Positions 1 through 10,730 of a stretch of 55,734 bases of DNA are shown in pieces (the stretch's first letter is position 1; the number at the start of each line of letters is the position of its first letter). Source of the stretch: Promethearchaeota archaeon Loki_b31. GTDB taxonomy: Archaea; Asgardarchaeota; Lokiarchaeia; Sigyniarchaeales; SOKP01. The stretch covers positions 1 to 55,734 of the forward strand of contig NJBI01000016.1 in assembly GCA_005222975.1 (NCBI GenBank), written 5' to 3'. The notes below the pieces were generated by a model that was not told the DNA's origin, did not search any database, and worked only from the letters and a program-made list of their open reading frames with translations. The translations under genes were made by a program, and so were the position numbers.

Positions 1-210
1 CTTCTACTAAAGTCCATGAATTTAAAAGTGCCAAATATTGTTATAATAAGCTATAATATCTACGTGATACCATTAAACGAAAACTTTTTTTTTTGCCCAT
101 CCATACACAAAGTATAGGAATTAATCCCTTTCAACAATTTTTATAAAAAGATTTAAATGAACTTTTTCTACATAATAATCATAAAGTACTTTTGAATATG
201 GTGGAATGAT

Positions 211-1488
211 TTGGTAGATTATGTAGATTTAAGTTATGAACCGAACGAAAATGATCTTGTTGTTATGTATTTCGTTGAAAAAGCTGTTGATTGTGAAAGT
301 CTGGAAAAAGCTTGCGAGGAAATCGCTAAAGAAAGTTCAATAGGCACATGGACAGATATTTTGACGATGTCTGCAGATATTGCCGAACGCCTTGAACCGT
401 CTGCTTTTTATATAGATCCACAAAATCAAATTATAAAAATTGCTTATTCTGAAGAATTATTTGAAGCCGATAACATGTCTCAAATTCTTAGCGCTATTGC
501 TGGTAATATTTTTGGTATGAAGGTGATTAATAATTTAAGGCTTATAGATATCACATTTCCTAAATATATAGTCAGTAAGTATAAAGGACCTAAATTCGGG
601 ATTAAAGGTATCAGAAAATTAACTGGAGTGGAAAAAAGACCTTTGTTAGGAACAATCGTAAAACCTAAAGTAGGTTTAAATGAGATCGAACACGCAAAAG
701 TTTGTGAAGAGGCATGGATGGGCGGTTTGGACATAGTAAAGGACGATGAGAATTTAACTAGTATGGTCTTCAATAAATTCGATAAAAGAGTTGAGGAATC
801 TTTAAAAGCTCGAGATAGAGCTCAAGCTGAAACGGGTGAAAAAAAGATTTATATGCCCAATATCACAGCAAAATTAAGTACAATGGAAGAAAGAGCAAAT
901 ACAGTAATAAATAACGGTGGAGAATATGTAATGGTTGACATATTTACCGTAGGATTCTCAGCTTTACAAGAACTTCGAGATTATCTAGACGATAAAAATA
1001 TCGTAATTCACGCTCATAGAGCTATGCATGCCGCCTTTACACGCAATAAAAAACACGGAATAACGATGTTGGCTTTAGCTAAAATAATGAGGCTAATCGG
1101 AATGGACCAATTGCATACTGGTACTATCGTTGGAAAAATGGAGGGTGGTAAAAAAGAAGTTTTAGAGATAAATCAAGTAATTTCAGAACCAAATATTACA
1201 GGAAACAATACAACAATTCTGGATCAAGAGTGGGGTGATATCAAACCTACTCTACCCGTTGCTTCAGGAGGTCTAAGCCCATTACACATTCCTGATTTAA
1301 TAAAGTATTTAGGTAATGATATCGTGTATCAATTCGGAGGGGGTTGTCATGGACATCCAGATGGTACTAGAGCCGGCGCAAGAGCGATAAGACAAGCAGT
1401 TGATGCTACTTTGAATGGAATTGAATTAGAGGAATACGCAAAAACGAAAGAAGAATTAGAAAAAGCAATCAAAAAATGGAGAAAATAA
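211..1488 (+). CDS. rbcL: Ribulose-1,5-bisphosphate carboxylase large subunit, archaeal form III
   Basis: Motifs ESSIGTW, GTIVKPKVG, GGLDIVKDDE (carbamylated Lys), HAHRAMH, SGGL and QFGGG; 425 aa; TTG start after GGTGG. Confidence 0.96.
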   Translation: MVDYVDLSYEPNENDLVVMYFVEKAVDCESLEKACEEIAKESSIGTWTDILTMSADIAERLEPSAFYIDPQNQIIKIAYSEELFEADNMSQILSAIAGNIFGMKVINNLRLIDITFPKYIVSKYKGPKFGIKGIRKLTGVEKRPLLGTIVKPKVGLNEIEHAKVCEEAWMGGLDIVKDDENLTSMVFNKFDKRVEESLKARDRAQAETGEKKIYMPNITAKLSTMEERANTVINNGGEYVMVDIFTVGFSALQELRDYLDDKNIVIHAHRAMHAAFTRNKKHGITMLALAKIMRLIGMDQLHTGTIVGKMEGGKKEVLEINQVISEPNITGNNTTILDQEWGDIKPTLPVASGGLSPLHIPDLIKYLGNDIVYQFGGGCHGHPDGTRAGARAIRQAVDATLNGIELEEYAKTKEELEKAIKKWRK

Positions 1489-1512
1489 TTAAAATTTAAC
1501 TTTTTTTAAGTT

Positions 1513-2463
1513 TTATAACATATCAGGATATAATTTTGCAAAGTAATTATGGACATGGCTACTTGCGAAGATCCCTGCTTCAGTTATAAGTCCATCTATA
1601 TATCTTCTACTTACAGTCTCAAAAGCAGGATTTAGGATGGTTAAACCCTCTGGGGCGTCCTCCCATACTTCTTTTGGGTCTCTCATTTCAATTTTTTCCA
1701 AAATACCAAAGGAAGTCTGAGGATTATATTTTAAAAGAGGGGATGCAACATAGAAAGGTACATGTTCTTCATGGGCTACTAATGCTAGCAATCGAGAACC
1801 AATTTTATTAATAATCGTACCCTCTGAAGTAATAGAATCTGCTCCAATAATTATTAAATCAACTTCGTAATGATTAACAACCCAACGCATAGCACTATCA
1901 ACTACGTGAATAACTTCAATTCCAGCATCAAGTAATTTTCTGACGGTTTTTCTTCCTTGTAATCTAGGTTGAGTTTCTGTTGCTACAACTTTAAAATGGT
2001 CTTTCCCCTGTCTTTTTGCTTCTAATAGGATAGCATTTACGATGCTTGAATGACAATGAGTCATTATAATAAAGTTATCGTCCGTACTTACATCAGGAAT
2101 TCTCCTTGCACCTATTTCAGCTATTTTCTGCTTTGAATTTTGCATCAATAATTTATACTCATCCTTACAACTGCTAATTAATTCCAAAATTTCTTTTATT
2201 GATAACGAATCTATTTTTTTTTTTAATTGATTCATAATATAATTAAGTCCATTTCTCAAAGCAGGCTCGGTCGCCCTCGTTTGGAATAAGATGGCTTTAG
2301 CTTCTATTAATTTATTAAATAAATCTTCTGAAGTAATAGTTTCACCAATTCTTTGCGCATAATCGCTTAAAAATTGTATTGCACTAATTGCTACACTTGA
2401 AGCACCCTGAATTTCTAAGGATTTAATCCTTTCAGCGTCCTTTAATAATTGTTGTATATTTAT
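1513..2463 (-). CDS. Ribose-1,5-bisphosphate isomerase (eIF2B/MtnA family)
   Basis: Motifs THCHS, ETQPRLQG, GADSI, NKIGS and NPAFE. The frame stays open upstream of the 2259 ORF call (IKSLEIQGASSVA...TRATEPALRNG) up to ATA codons at 2463/2457 after GGTGA. Convergent with rbcL. Confidence 0.9.
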   Translation of the reverse strand: MNIQQLLKDAERIKSLEIQGASSVAISAIQFLSDYAQRIGETITSEDLFNKLIEAKAILFQTRATEPALRNGLNYIMNQLKKKIDSLSIKEILELISSCKDEYKLLMQNSKQKIAEIGARRIPDVSTDDNFIIMTHCHSSIVNAILLEAKRQGKDHFKVVATETQPRLQGRKTVRKLLDAGIEVIHVVDSAMRWVVNHYEVDLIIIGADSITSEGTIINKIGSRLLALVAHEEHVPFYVASPLLKYNPQTSFGILEKIEMRDPKEVWEDAPEGLTILNPAFETVSRRYIDGLITEAGIFASSHVHNYFAKLYPDML

Positions 2464-2512
2464 TCACCAATTTTTTTAATGTTAATATATAGGATATTCT
2501 TATTTTATTATC

Positions 2513-2725
2513 TTACTTTAATTGATCTTCATTATCTGAATTCTGGGTCAACTCTAAATCCTTCGGATTTATCTCTATATAGAGAGCTCCAATATAATCA
2601 CACGATGTACATTCAAATATGTTTGGTGTTAACCAACCAGCAACATTAACAGCGGTTTTCAAAGTAGCTTTTTTACACTTAGGACAAATTCTTATGCGTA
2701 CCTTTTTGCTTTTAATAAATTTCAT
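2513..2725 (-). CDS. Small zinc-ribbon protein
   Basis: CPKC...CTSCDY.G pattern, 70 aa. Confidence 0.55.
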   Translation of the reverse strand: MKFIKSKKVRIRICPKCKKATLKTAVNVAGWLTPNIFECTSCDYIGALYIEINPKDLELTQNSDNEDQLK

Positions 2726-2866
2726 TGTAATTAGAAATGAATAATTCTTTTATTTCTTGATCTATATTCAATAATCACAAATAATTTTTTAGTTCCTAAA
2801 AAATTGTTTATATCTTTTCTGTGATTTTACAATTTAACTTAAATAATCACTGCTTAATCTATTAAA

Positions 2867-4702
2867 ATGAATGATTTAGAGATAAAACGAAAAAGTATGC
2901 CAAACGAACCTGGAGTTTACTTTTTTATCAACAAAAAGGGTTCTATTATTTATGTGGGTAAAGCTCTAAATCTTAGAAAGAGAGTAAATCAATATTTCCA
3001 AAAAACAAATTACAACGATCCCTTTTACGAAGAAAAAATTAAGGAGCTAGTTAAAAAAATTCATTCTATTGATTTCTTCGTTACAGAAAACGAAAAAGAA
3101 GCTAAAATTTTAGAAAACATACAAATTAAGAAATATCAACCTCGTTTTAACGTAATAATGCGCGATTCCAAGACCTATCCATGGGTTGGGATATTTTTTT
3201 CAGAAACATACCCTAGAATCCGACTTATAAGAGGACCAGAAAAGTATTCCCAAAAAAATTTGTTTTTAGGACCTTATACAGATAAAAAGGAAATCAGTAG
3301 AATCTTAAGAGATTTGCGAAAAATTTTCCCCTATTGTTCTTGTAAAAATAAAGTTAAAAAAAAAAAGATAAGACCTTGTTTGTATTACCAATTGAAACTA
3401 TGTCCGGGACCATGCATTGAAGCAGTAACTAAAGAAGAATATTTAGAAAATGTAAAACAAATAGAACTGTTTTTAAAAGGTCAGACTGAAGAATTAAAGG
3501 GTCAAATTGAAGAAAAAATGAAAGATGCAGCACAATTGCAAGATTTCGAAAGTGCTGCTTTTTGGAGAGATAAACTCAACGCAATAGATAATTCTACAAT
3601 AACTCAAAGTGTTTTATTAGAAAACAAGGAAGATAAAGATATTATCGGCTACTATAATGACGAGGGACAAAAATACATAGCGATGGTTATGATTCATATA
3701 CGTGAAGGAAAGATATCGAATAAAAGTTCCTTTTTGTTAAATATAAAAGAGAAATTAATTCATAAGGATGAGATTTTCCCATCAATAATGGAACAGTTTT
3801 ACCAAAATGTGACACACAATTTACCCGATGTTATTGTTGTTCCGGAATTTTACGATGGAGTAGGTGTATTTAAAGAAATTCTTAAAGATTTTCGTGCCAA
3901 TTTAAAGATTCGAACACCTATGGAAGAAGAATATGGCTTGGTTCGAATTGCGGATAAAAACGCTAAAATTATTGTGGAACAAGAAATTCAAATGGAGGAA
4001 ATTAAAAAGAAAGAGGAAGATCAAATTAAAAAAGCGTTGGAGGAAGCTAAAGAGATTTTTAATTTACCCAAAGCGCCTAGAATAATTGAAGGGTTCGATA
4101 TTTCAAATATTGAAGGGACAGATGCAACTGGATCTATGGTTTATTTTCTTGAAGGGCACCCTTATAACAAGAATTATCGCCATTTTAAGATTCACACAAA
4201 ATCTACTCCGGATGATGTCGCTATGATGAAAGAGGTAATTAAACGGAGATACACCATGATTTTAGAGCGTAATTTAGAGTTACCAGACTTAATCCTCGTT
4301 GATGGAGGAAAGGGTCAATTGAACGCAGGACTTTCAGTTTTAAAGGATTTAGGCATTGAAGGCATTCCAATTATTGGCTTAGCAAAGAAATTTGAGGAAA
4401 TTTATGTTCCCAACAAAAAGGACCCTATTATTTTACCTAAAAATTCACACCTTCTTAAAATATTTCAAAGGGTCAGAGATGAGGCTCATCGTTTTGCAGT
4501 AAGGCTTCATAAAAAACAACGAATAAAAAGGGTAAAAAGATCTATTTTGGATGAGATAAAAGGTATAGGCCCAGCAACTAGAAATAAACTCCTTACAACA
4601 TTTGGCAGTGTGAATAATATTAAGGAAGCTTCTCCTGAAGAAATCGCTAAGGTTGTTGGAAAAAAGTTGGCTGATACAATATTAAAAAAGCTGAATAGTT
4701 GA
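2867..4702 (+). CDS. uvrC: Excinuclease ABC subunit C
   Basis: N-terminal GVY...IYVGKA GIY-YIG domain, UVR domain, IEGFDISN, DGGKGQ, RDEAHRFA, C-terminal HhH (GIG). Confidence 0.97.
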   Translation: MNDLEIKRKSMPNEPGVYFFINKKGSIIYVGKALNLRKRVNQYFQKTNYNDPFYEEKIKELVKKIHSIDFFVTENEKEAKILENIQIKKYQPRFNVIMRDSKTYPWVGIFFSETYPRIRLIRGPEKYSQKNLFLGPYTDKKEISRILRDLRKIFPYCSCKNKVKKKKIRPCLYYQLKLCPGPCIEAVTKEEYLENVKQIELFLKGQTEELKGQIEEKMKDAAQLQDFESAAFWRDKLNAIDNSTITQSVLLENKEDKDIIGYYNDEGQKYIAMVMIHIREGKISNKSSFLLNIKEKLIHKDEIFPSIMEQFYQNVTHNLPDVIVVPEFYDGVGVFKEILKDFRANLKIRTPMEEEYGLVRIADKNAKIIVEQEIQMEEIKKKEEDQIKKALEEAKEIFNLPKAPRIIEGFDISNIEGTDATGSMVYFLEGHPYNKNYRHFKIHTKSTPDDVAMMKEVIKRRYTMILERNLELPDLILVDGGKGQLNAGLSVLKDLGIEGIPIIGLAKKFEEIYVPNKKDPIILPKNSHLLKIFQRVRDEAHRFAVRLHKKQRIKRVKRSILDEIKGIGPATRNKLLTTFGSVNNIKEASPEEIAKVVGKKLADTILKKLNS

Positions 4703-4709
4703 AAAAACT

Positions 4710-6152
4710 TCATTTTAAATCTGAAATTACTAGCCTAATAAGTTCAGCTGTGGTTTCGCAATACATTCGAGCTAAAGAATCGCTTTTAGCTTCGCTAATA
4801 ACCCTGACTATAGCTTCTGTATTTGAAGGATGAATAAGGACGAACCATTCCTTTTCTTTACCAAATCTAAGGTCATGATCTATTTGGTTAACCACTTCAC
4901 CCTCATCCACCAATTCTTTCTTAGTTCTATCAATTATTAGTTTTACATCCTTTCGAGCTAATTTTATACTTTTTCTATAGGAAAAGAATTTCGGTAGTTT
5001 AGAGACGAGCTTTGATATTTTTTCTCCTGAATCTACTAGTATCTCAACAATTTTAGCAGCAGCAAAAATTCCATCTCTAGTGTTATTAAAACTTGGGAAC
5101 ATTACGCCCCCACACGAACCTTCGCCGCCAAAAATTAAACTGTTTTTCGAAGTTTTACTTCGATCTTCTATCAAATTGTACATTTTTTCAACTAAAAATA
5201 TCTCTCCTATTGGAGTTCTTATTACTCGCGCGCCGTATTTTTCAGCAATTACATCAAACATTAAAGAAGACGCTAAATTTGTTATAAAAATGACTTCTTC
5301 TGTTTGGTTCTCGTAATTTTTTAATTGGTATTCCATAATAAGAGCTAAGCCAATATCCTCAGGATAACATATACCATTCTCTCCTATAATTGCCAATCTA
5401 TCGGCGTCGCAATCGTGGGCAAATCCAACATCGTATTTACCTTGCCAAACCTTCATAATTAAATCTTTCAGGTTAATTTGTATAGGTTCAATCTCCCTTG
5501 GAAATTTCTTGCTTTTAGTTAAATCGTTGTTGATTACTTTAACTTCACACCCCATTCCTTCAAGCATTTGAGGTGTAGCATGTTTGCCCGCTCCCGCTCC
5601 AGTATCTATAACGACTCTAAGATTGTTTTTTTTTTTAATACTTCCGATATTAAGATCTTTAAATAGGGCTTGAATGTAGTTTGGGATAGGATTGAATTTA
5701 GAGATATTTTTCTTTAAATTTCGTTTAGTTATTTTGTAAGTTTTCAAATCAATATCTTTTAACATACGAGCAATCTGTTCTAGATCCTCGTTATGTAAAT
5801 AAGTTTTTGAAGATAACAGTTTTAAACCATTACATTCTTGAGGATTGTGAGAGCCTGTAATAACAATTCCCACAGGAATGTTTAACTTATTTTTTGCATG
5901 AATAATAATTGGTGTTGGACATACTCCGACATTTACTATATTAAATCCTGTAGAAATTAAGCCCTCAACAATACCCCTTTCAAGAGTCTTTCCACTTGGT
6001 CGCGTATCTCTACCTATTATAATTTTTTTATTATCGCCTTTAAACCATTCGCCAAAAGCGATAGCAATCTTTTTTGATGTTTTAAAATTCAAATCTTTAC
6101 CTGCAATTCCCCGAATTCCACTAAAAGTAAAAATTAAATTATTTATTTCCAT
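4710..6152 (-). CDS. Phosphohexomutase (phosphoglucosamine/phosphomannomutase family)
   Basis: SGIRG, GRDTR, TGSHNP, DCDADR, GGEGS and PSNTE motifs. Confidence 0.92.
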   Translation of the reverse strand: MEINNLIFTFSGIRGIAGKDLNFKTSKKIAIAFGEWFKGDNKKIIIGRDTRPSGKTLERGIVEGLISTGFNIVNVGVCPTPIIIHAKNKLNIPVGIVITGSHNPQECNGLKLLSSKTYLHNEDLEQIARMLKDIDLKTYKITKRNLKKNISKFNPIPNYIQALFKDLNIGSIKKKNNLRVVIDTGAGAGKHATPQMLEGMGCEVKVINNDLTKSKKFPREIEPIQINLKDLIMKVWQGKYDVGFAHDCDADRLAIIGENGICYPEDIGLALIMEYQLKNYENQTEEVIFITNLASSLMFDVIAEKYGARVIRTPIGEIFLVEKMYNLIEDRSKTSKNSLIFGGEGSCGGVMFPSFNNTRDGIFAAAKIVEILVDSGEKISKLVSKLPKFFSYRKSIKLARKDVKLIIDRTKKELVDEGEVVNQIDHDLRFGKEKEWFVLIHPSNTEAIVRVISEAKSDSLARMYCETTAELIRLVISDLK

Positions 6153-6176
6153 AATAAATCGTTAGTAAAGAGAAAA

Positions 6177-7190
6177 TTAGGGTATTATTGGATTTCCTTC
6201 TAACTTATACTTCACGAGAGTCAACGCTCCCATTACGCCGATAGCATCCAAAAATTTTGTTACTTTTATTTTTGGAGGGTGATTTATCGTAAATAATACG
6301 GGGTCTGTATTGAATTGTTCAATAACGGGAGGTAAAATTAAATCGTGATCTTTCATCATAGCTCCACCAAAGTATATCGAAGTACAATCGTAATAATTGT
6401 TTACGAGTCCAACTCCCACTTTAATATAAAATATACACTGCTCTATAACACTCTTAGAAAATTTATCTCCTCCTCTTTTTGCTTGAAAAATTTCTTTCGC
6501 CGTAATCTTAGACTCGTCGTTATCAATCATGTACATCAAAATTTTAGAGCTCAACTTAGTTGTTTTTATCGCGTCTAATGCTAAGTTTTTAACTCCTGTA
6601 GCAGAACTATATACTTCCCAACACCCATAAGCACCACAATTACATTGAAAATTACTCTGTCGATTAACAATCCCATGCCCGATTTCTGCAGCATTCCCAT
6701 CCTTTCCGAGAAGTAAATGCCCGTTACAAATAACTCCACCACCAATTCCCGTCGACACTGTTATATAAACTAGATTATCTTTTTCATCGTCACTTGCTTC
6801 AAAATAATGTACCCCTAAAACCGATGCGTTGCCATCATTAATTAAATAGATCGGGACTCCTGGAAATCTTTCTTGAATTGGTTTTTTTAGCGGTATTTCT
6901 TTAAAACCTAAGTTAGCATTATTGAAAACTTCGCCAGTTTCTGCATCTAAAGGACCGGCTGATGCTAGACCAATACCTAAAACTTGTTCTTTATCAATAT
7001 TGTTTTCAATTAACAACTGCGTAATTAAGGAAATTACTGTATTGCTGATTGAAAACTCGTTATCTTTAGGTGTTTGGGCAACTTTAGTTATTATATTTTC
7101 TTCCTTTAAATCAGAGGTACATAGAGAGACTCGAATCCATGTACCTCCAATATCCGCCCCAACGATAAATTCCTTTATTATTATCACCAA
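6177..7190 (-). CDS. ROK-family sugar kinase (glucokinase-like)
   Basis: DIGGT, NDGNA, STGIGGG, EIGH and CNCGAYGCWE; the true start may be ATA at 7178-7184. Confidence 0.92.
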   Translation of the reverse strand: MVIIIKEFIVGADIGGTWIRVSLCTSDLKEENIITKVAQTPKDNEFSISNTVISLITQLLIENNIDKEQVLGIGLASAGPLDAETGEVFNNANLGFKEIPLKKPIQERFPGVPIYLINDGNASVLGVHYFEASDDEKDNLVYITVSTGIGGGVICNGHLLLGKDGNAAEIGHGIVNRQSNFQCNCGAYGCWEVYSSATGVKNLALDAIKTTKLSSKILMYMIDNDESKITAKEIFQAKRGGDKFSKSVIEQCIFYIKVGVGLVNNYYDCTSIYFGGAMMKDHDLILPPVIEQFNTDPVLFTINHPPKIKVTKFLDAIGVMGALTLVKYKLEGNPIIP

Positions 7191-7207
7191 TTATATTTGT
7201 TCAAAAC

Positions 7208-8008
7208 TTAATAATAATTTATCTCTATTAAATCATTTTTGATTATTTCTTTAAAAATCTTTACGATCTCTTTTTTTCTCTTTTTATCAATTGCGTATAC
7301 AAAGTATTCTGAAGGTATTCTTGCGATTGAATATAATTGTACAATATCGGGTTTAATTTTTTTTATCGCATAAGCTAATTGCTCAATATTTTCTTTATTA
7401 TCATTGGAAATAAAATCTTCTCTGTAAGAATTATAAATTAAACATTGAATTGCTAATTTCTTATTTTGCATATCTTTTCTCAATTTAACAAGCGATTCAA
7501 CAATAGTGTTAACATCTGGACTATCTTTATGTGGTCTATTGGTGTTTGTAAAGTCGTTTTCAGTAGCGGCGTCTAATTTTGCTAATACAAGATCAAAGTG
7601 TTTTACTCTTTCTCGAACTTCGCTTGAATAAAGAGTACTTGAATTAGTAAAAAGCGTAATAAGAGGAGGTTCGTTGGTCCATTTCAAATCTCTTCTAACA
7701 TCTAAAGTAATAGAGTAAAAATCTAATAAATTTTCGTTGAGCGTAGGCTCACCTTGATATCCTGTAAAGCTTAAACTTTTTAAATGGGGGACATATTTTA
7801 ATATATCTTTAAGTTCTCTTCTAAAGTTAAACGACGGCGGAGCATTAATTCTATATTCTGGAGAAACTAAGTTTTCTTTATTTGTTGCGCCGATCTCACA
7901 ATAGACACAATCATAAGAACAAACTTTATAATTTAACAGTATATTTATTCCCAATGAGAGACCTAAGCGTCTTGACTGGAAAGGTCCATAGGTATATTTT
8001 CTAGGCAT
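7208..8008 (-). CDS. Radical SAM Fe-S protein (YGP.xSRRLGxSLG family); intact copy, probably chimeric
   Basis: CSYDCVYC cluster motif, GEPTL, TNSSTL, KLDA; its first 54 codons have a diverged duplicate at 16764-16918. Confidence 0.88.
   Translation of the reverse strand: MPRKYTYGPFQSRRLGLSLGINILLNYKVCSYDCVYCEIGATNKENLVSPEYRINAPPSFNFRRELKDILKYVPHLKSLSFTGYQGEPTLNENLLDFYSITLDVRRDLKWTNEPPLITLFTNSSTLYSSEVRERVKHFDLVLAKLDAATENDFTNTNRPHKDSPDVNTIVESLVKLRKDMQNKKLAIQCLIYNSYREDFISNDNKENIEQLAYAIKKIKPDIVQLYSIARIPSEYFVYAIDKKRKKEIVKIFKEIIKNDLIEINYY
7848..7869. repeat. Left junction direct repeat of island 1
   Basis: ATTCTATATTCTGGAGAAACTA matches 16764-16785 at 21/22 nt, with the first 14 nt identical. Confidence 0.8.
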
Positions 8009-8117
8009 GGGATACGGATTTGCGAAATACTATTAATTAGATCAAACTATTTATCATAATCTATTTATCCTAAAAAATTTTGCTTGTAGGCAATATGAAT
8101 TTAGCTTTTTATATAAC

Positions 8118-9503
8118 TCATCCATTTTCCGCCAAATACTGTTTTTTAAAATCGTTATATGTTTCAATCTCGAAGTGATCATCAAAAAATTGTCGAATTT
8201 ATGAGGAATTCATTCCGAAAAAGAGTCTTTGACTAACTCTAGTATGATTATGAGCTGTGGACTTGCTCCAACCATACTTATGATAAATTGAGCTAAAAGA
8301 TTCATAACATTTAATTTCTTTAATTATAAGTGGTATAACTAATTCTTTTCTAGCTTCTTCCCATGTCGAAAAACCTAATTGATTATATATTTGTCTTTGT
8401 AAGGCATATCGGTAATAAGGTTTTTTATATTCATGTAAATATTTCTCAATTCTTAAATCATTAAGGGCTACGTTTTGTTTTAGGTACTTAATAATTAATT
8501 TTTTTAGAAGACTTGCTGGAATACTTAATTTTGTTACTCCTTCCCAACCATCAAGTTTTCCTATAACTGGTAAATTAAGAATGTTTTCTGTATCAACAAG
8601 ATATTTCAATTTTTGATATGATTTACCACCAAACAATGTTTCAATATATTTTCGAGTGAAACGATTAAAAACATTATTTATTTCATGAAGTTCAAAATGA
8701 TTTTTTAATAACAGATAAAAGACAGGTCTTAAAAATTTTATTTGAGCTTCTTCAAATGATCCCCAAAATTGATTAATTCTCCTTCTAACTGTAGACACAC
8801 TGCATACTATACCATGTTTTTTTAGTTTTCTTTGAATTTCAGTTTCCATATCGCCTAATGCTATATAATAAGCAATTGCTATCATTGGTAGATTCATTTT
8901 ACTCACCCCTCCTCCCCCTCCTGTATTTATATTAAGACCAGAACTTGTCAGATTATGTTCTGAAATGTAATCAATTTCTCCAGATCTTAAAGAATTTGAG
9001 GAAAAATGGATTTCTACAGGTGTTCTTGTAAATCTTGAATTTAATATACCAAAAATTAATCTCCAATTATAATTTTCATTGACTTTAAGATTCTCAAAAC
9101 CAACTTGATTTAATATGTTATAAATTAATCTATGGAGTTTCCCTCCTTCACCATGTTTAAAAACAGCTTTATAAACATAAGACATCCATCGAGAATTCAT
9201 CGTATCTGTTGTAAATCCCGCAATGGTTTCACCCTTAGATTTGTCAGATTTTATTTCAGTTATCTCATATACTAAACCATACCATAGATATTTCCCTCTT
9301 GAATTAACAATTCTTTCAAATTTGGAAATATCTTCAAAATCAGATCTTTTAAAACTAAACTCTCCGCTCAAGCGTAGTTGCTTAGGTTTAAATCCTAATT
9401 CCTTGAATGCCCTTAAAATCTCCTTTTTATAGCTCTCAGAAGTGATTTTTGCATATTTTCTAAGAAATTGTTTTCCAAATTTTAATTTCTGCGTTAGGCA
9501 CAT
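8118..9503 (-). CDS. Putative GIY-YIG-like endonuclease with C-terminal HTH/helical repeats (in-frame TAA at 8199-8201)
   Basis: GLVYEI...TIAGFTT...RW..Y, E..YI, GLNINTGGGG; HTH-like CSVSTVRRRI; repeats such as WGSFEEAQIKFLRP and WEEARKELVIP; the frame continues 26 codons past the TAA. Confidence 0.6.
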
Positions 9504-9873
9504 TCATATCTTCTTTTTGTTCATTAGAATCTTCTTTTTCTGATCGTTCTTTGGGTTTATATTTGTCAAATTCTTCGATAATAAACTTTTGGATTTCTTT
9601 CAATAAGTTGGGATAAAAAAGGTTTAATTGTCTTAAAGTTTTTAACGATTTGAATAATCCACCACTTGAAGTTAATATTTTATGCGTGTTATCTTTGTCA
9701 ATTTCAGTTATTGGCAGATTATCTAAAAGAATTTTAGCTATATTCTTTTTATAGTCAAAATTAATTTCAAATCTATCAAAATCCTTTTCTAGTTCCTTTC
9801 CTATTTGATTAGGTATTTCTTTAATATCATTTTTTACCATTATACTTCCCCCGATTTGAACTTGGGTTATCAT
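9460..9873 (-). CDS. Hypothetical protein; possibly the N-terminal part of the GIY-YIG-like protein via a +1 frameshift
   Basis: 44-nt overlap with the downstream ORF in the +1 frame. Confidence 0.55.
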   Translation of the reverse strand: MITQVQIGGSIMVKNDIKEIPNQIGKELEKDFDRFEINFDYKKNIAKILLDNLPITEIDKDNTHKILTSSGGLFKSLKTLRQLNLFYPNLLKEIQKFIIEEFDKYKPKERSEKEDSNEQKEDMNVPNAEIKIWKTIS

Positions 9874-10012
9874 ATTTAATTCCTTTCGATTTAAAGTAAA
9901 AATCGATACATTTTCTTATATATGTCGCAATCGTTTCATTTGTATTGCATAAATCTTTAATCTTGTTAATCAGACTTAGCGATATTCTTACTCGGATCGT
10001 CACTTTTTCCAA
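9827..10012 (-). CDS. Ribbon-helix-helix (CopG-like) protein
   Basis: Alternating beta strand (VTIRVRIS) followed by two helices (TIATYIRKCI). Confidence 0.6.
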   Translation of the reverse strand: MEKVTIRVRISLSLINKIKDLCNTNETIATYIRKCIDFYFKSKGIKYDNPSSNRGKYNGKK

Positions 10013-10142
10013 TTGTAATTCCCTCTTTTTCTAATTTTTCTTTAACTAGCTTGTGAATCCATTTAGAAATATTTAGACAGTGCTCCTCTGTGTATTTCCT
10101 TAGAGCTTCATCAATCTTTTCTTTTAAGTGTATTGCTGTCAT
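9966..10142 (-). CDS. Ribbon-helix-helix protein (58 aa, not in ORF track)
   Basis: Translated by hand: MTAIHLKEKIDEALRKYTEEHCLNISKWIHKLVKEKLEKEG... Confidence 0.6.
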   Translation of the reverse strand: MTAIHLKEKIDEALRKYTEEHCLNISKWIHKLVKEKLEKEGITIGKSDDPSKNIAKSD

Positions 10143-10640
10143 AATTTTAACCTTTTTGTTTATAGGAATAAAAATAATTTTTTTATCCTTACTATACTAT
10201 AGCAAGATTTTTGGATTTGGGTATATTTGTACTTTTTAAAACTTTTTTATCTCCAATAATATTACTAGGAGAATTATTATTTAAATCTTTACAATTCTAT
10301 CAATTTGACGATTAGAAAAGTATTTAATTATTAATCTGCTCGATGTTTTACAGGTTTTTGATGCAGGAAATTGTCGATAGGGAAATATGTGATAGATGCG
10401 TACTTTTGCATACTTTGTTTACAAAAAAATATATTTGTATATATTTCTCAATTGGGAAATAGGGAAATTTTAACAATTTAGTCAAAAACATGTCAAAAAG
10501 TCTAAAATTCGATTGCAAAAGAGTGGAATTAGTTAATCTTCTTCCTTTTTTATCGCGTTTTAAACGATTTTATCAAATCCCACTAAAAACCCATTATGAG
10601 TAGAGTTATAACTGAATTATATGTTATTATATACTTGGCT

Positions 10641-10663
10641 AACGTGTAAATTTTAATCACGTT
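10641..10663. promoter_or_regulatory. Palindromic operator candidate
   Basis: AACGTG-N11-CACGTT; its left part recurs as TAACGTGTCAAATTTTAA at 13228-13245. Confidence 0.4.
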
Positions 10664-10730
10664 CTATAAATTTAAATTAAAAACATATAAATAATAAAAA
10701 GAAAAAAATAAAAATCGAAATGAGGGAAAA

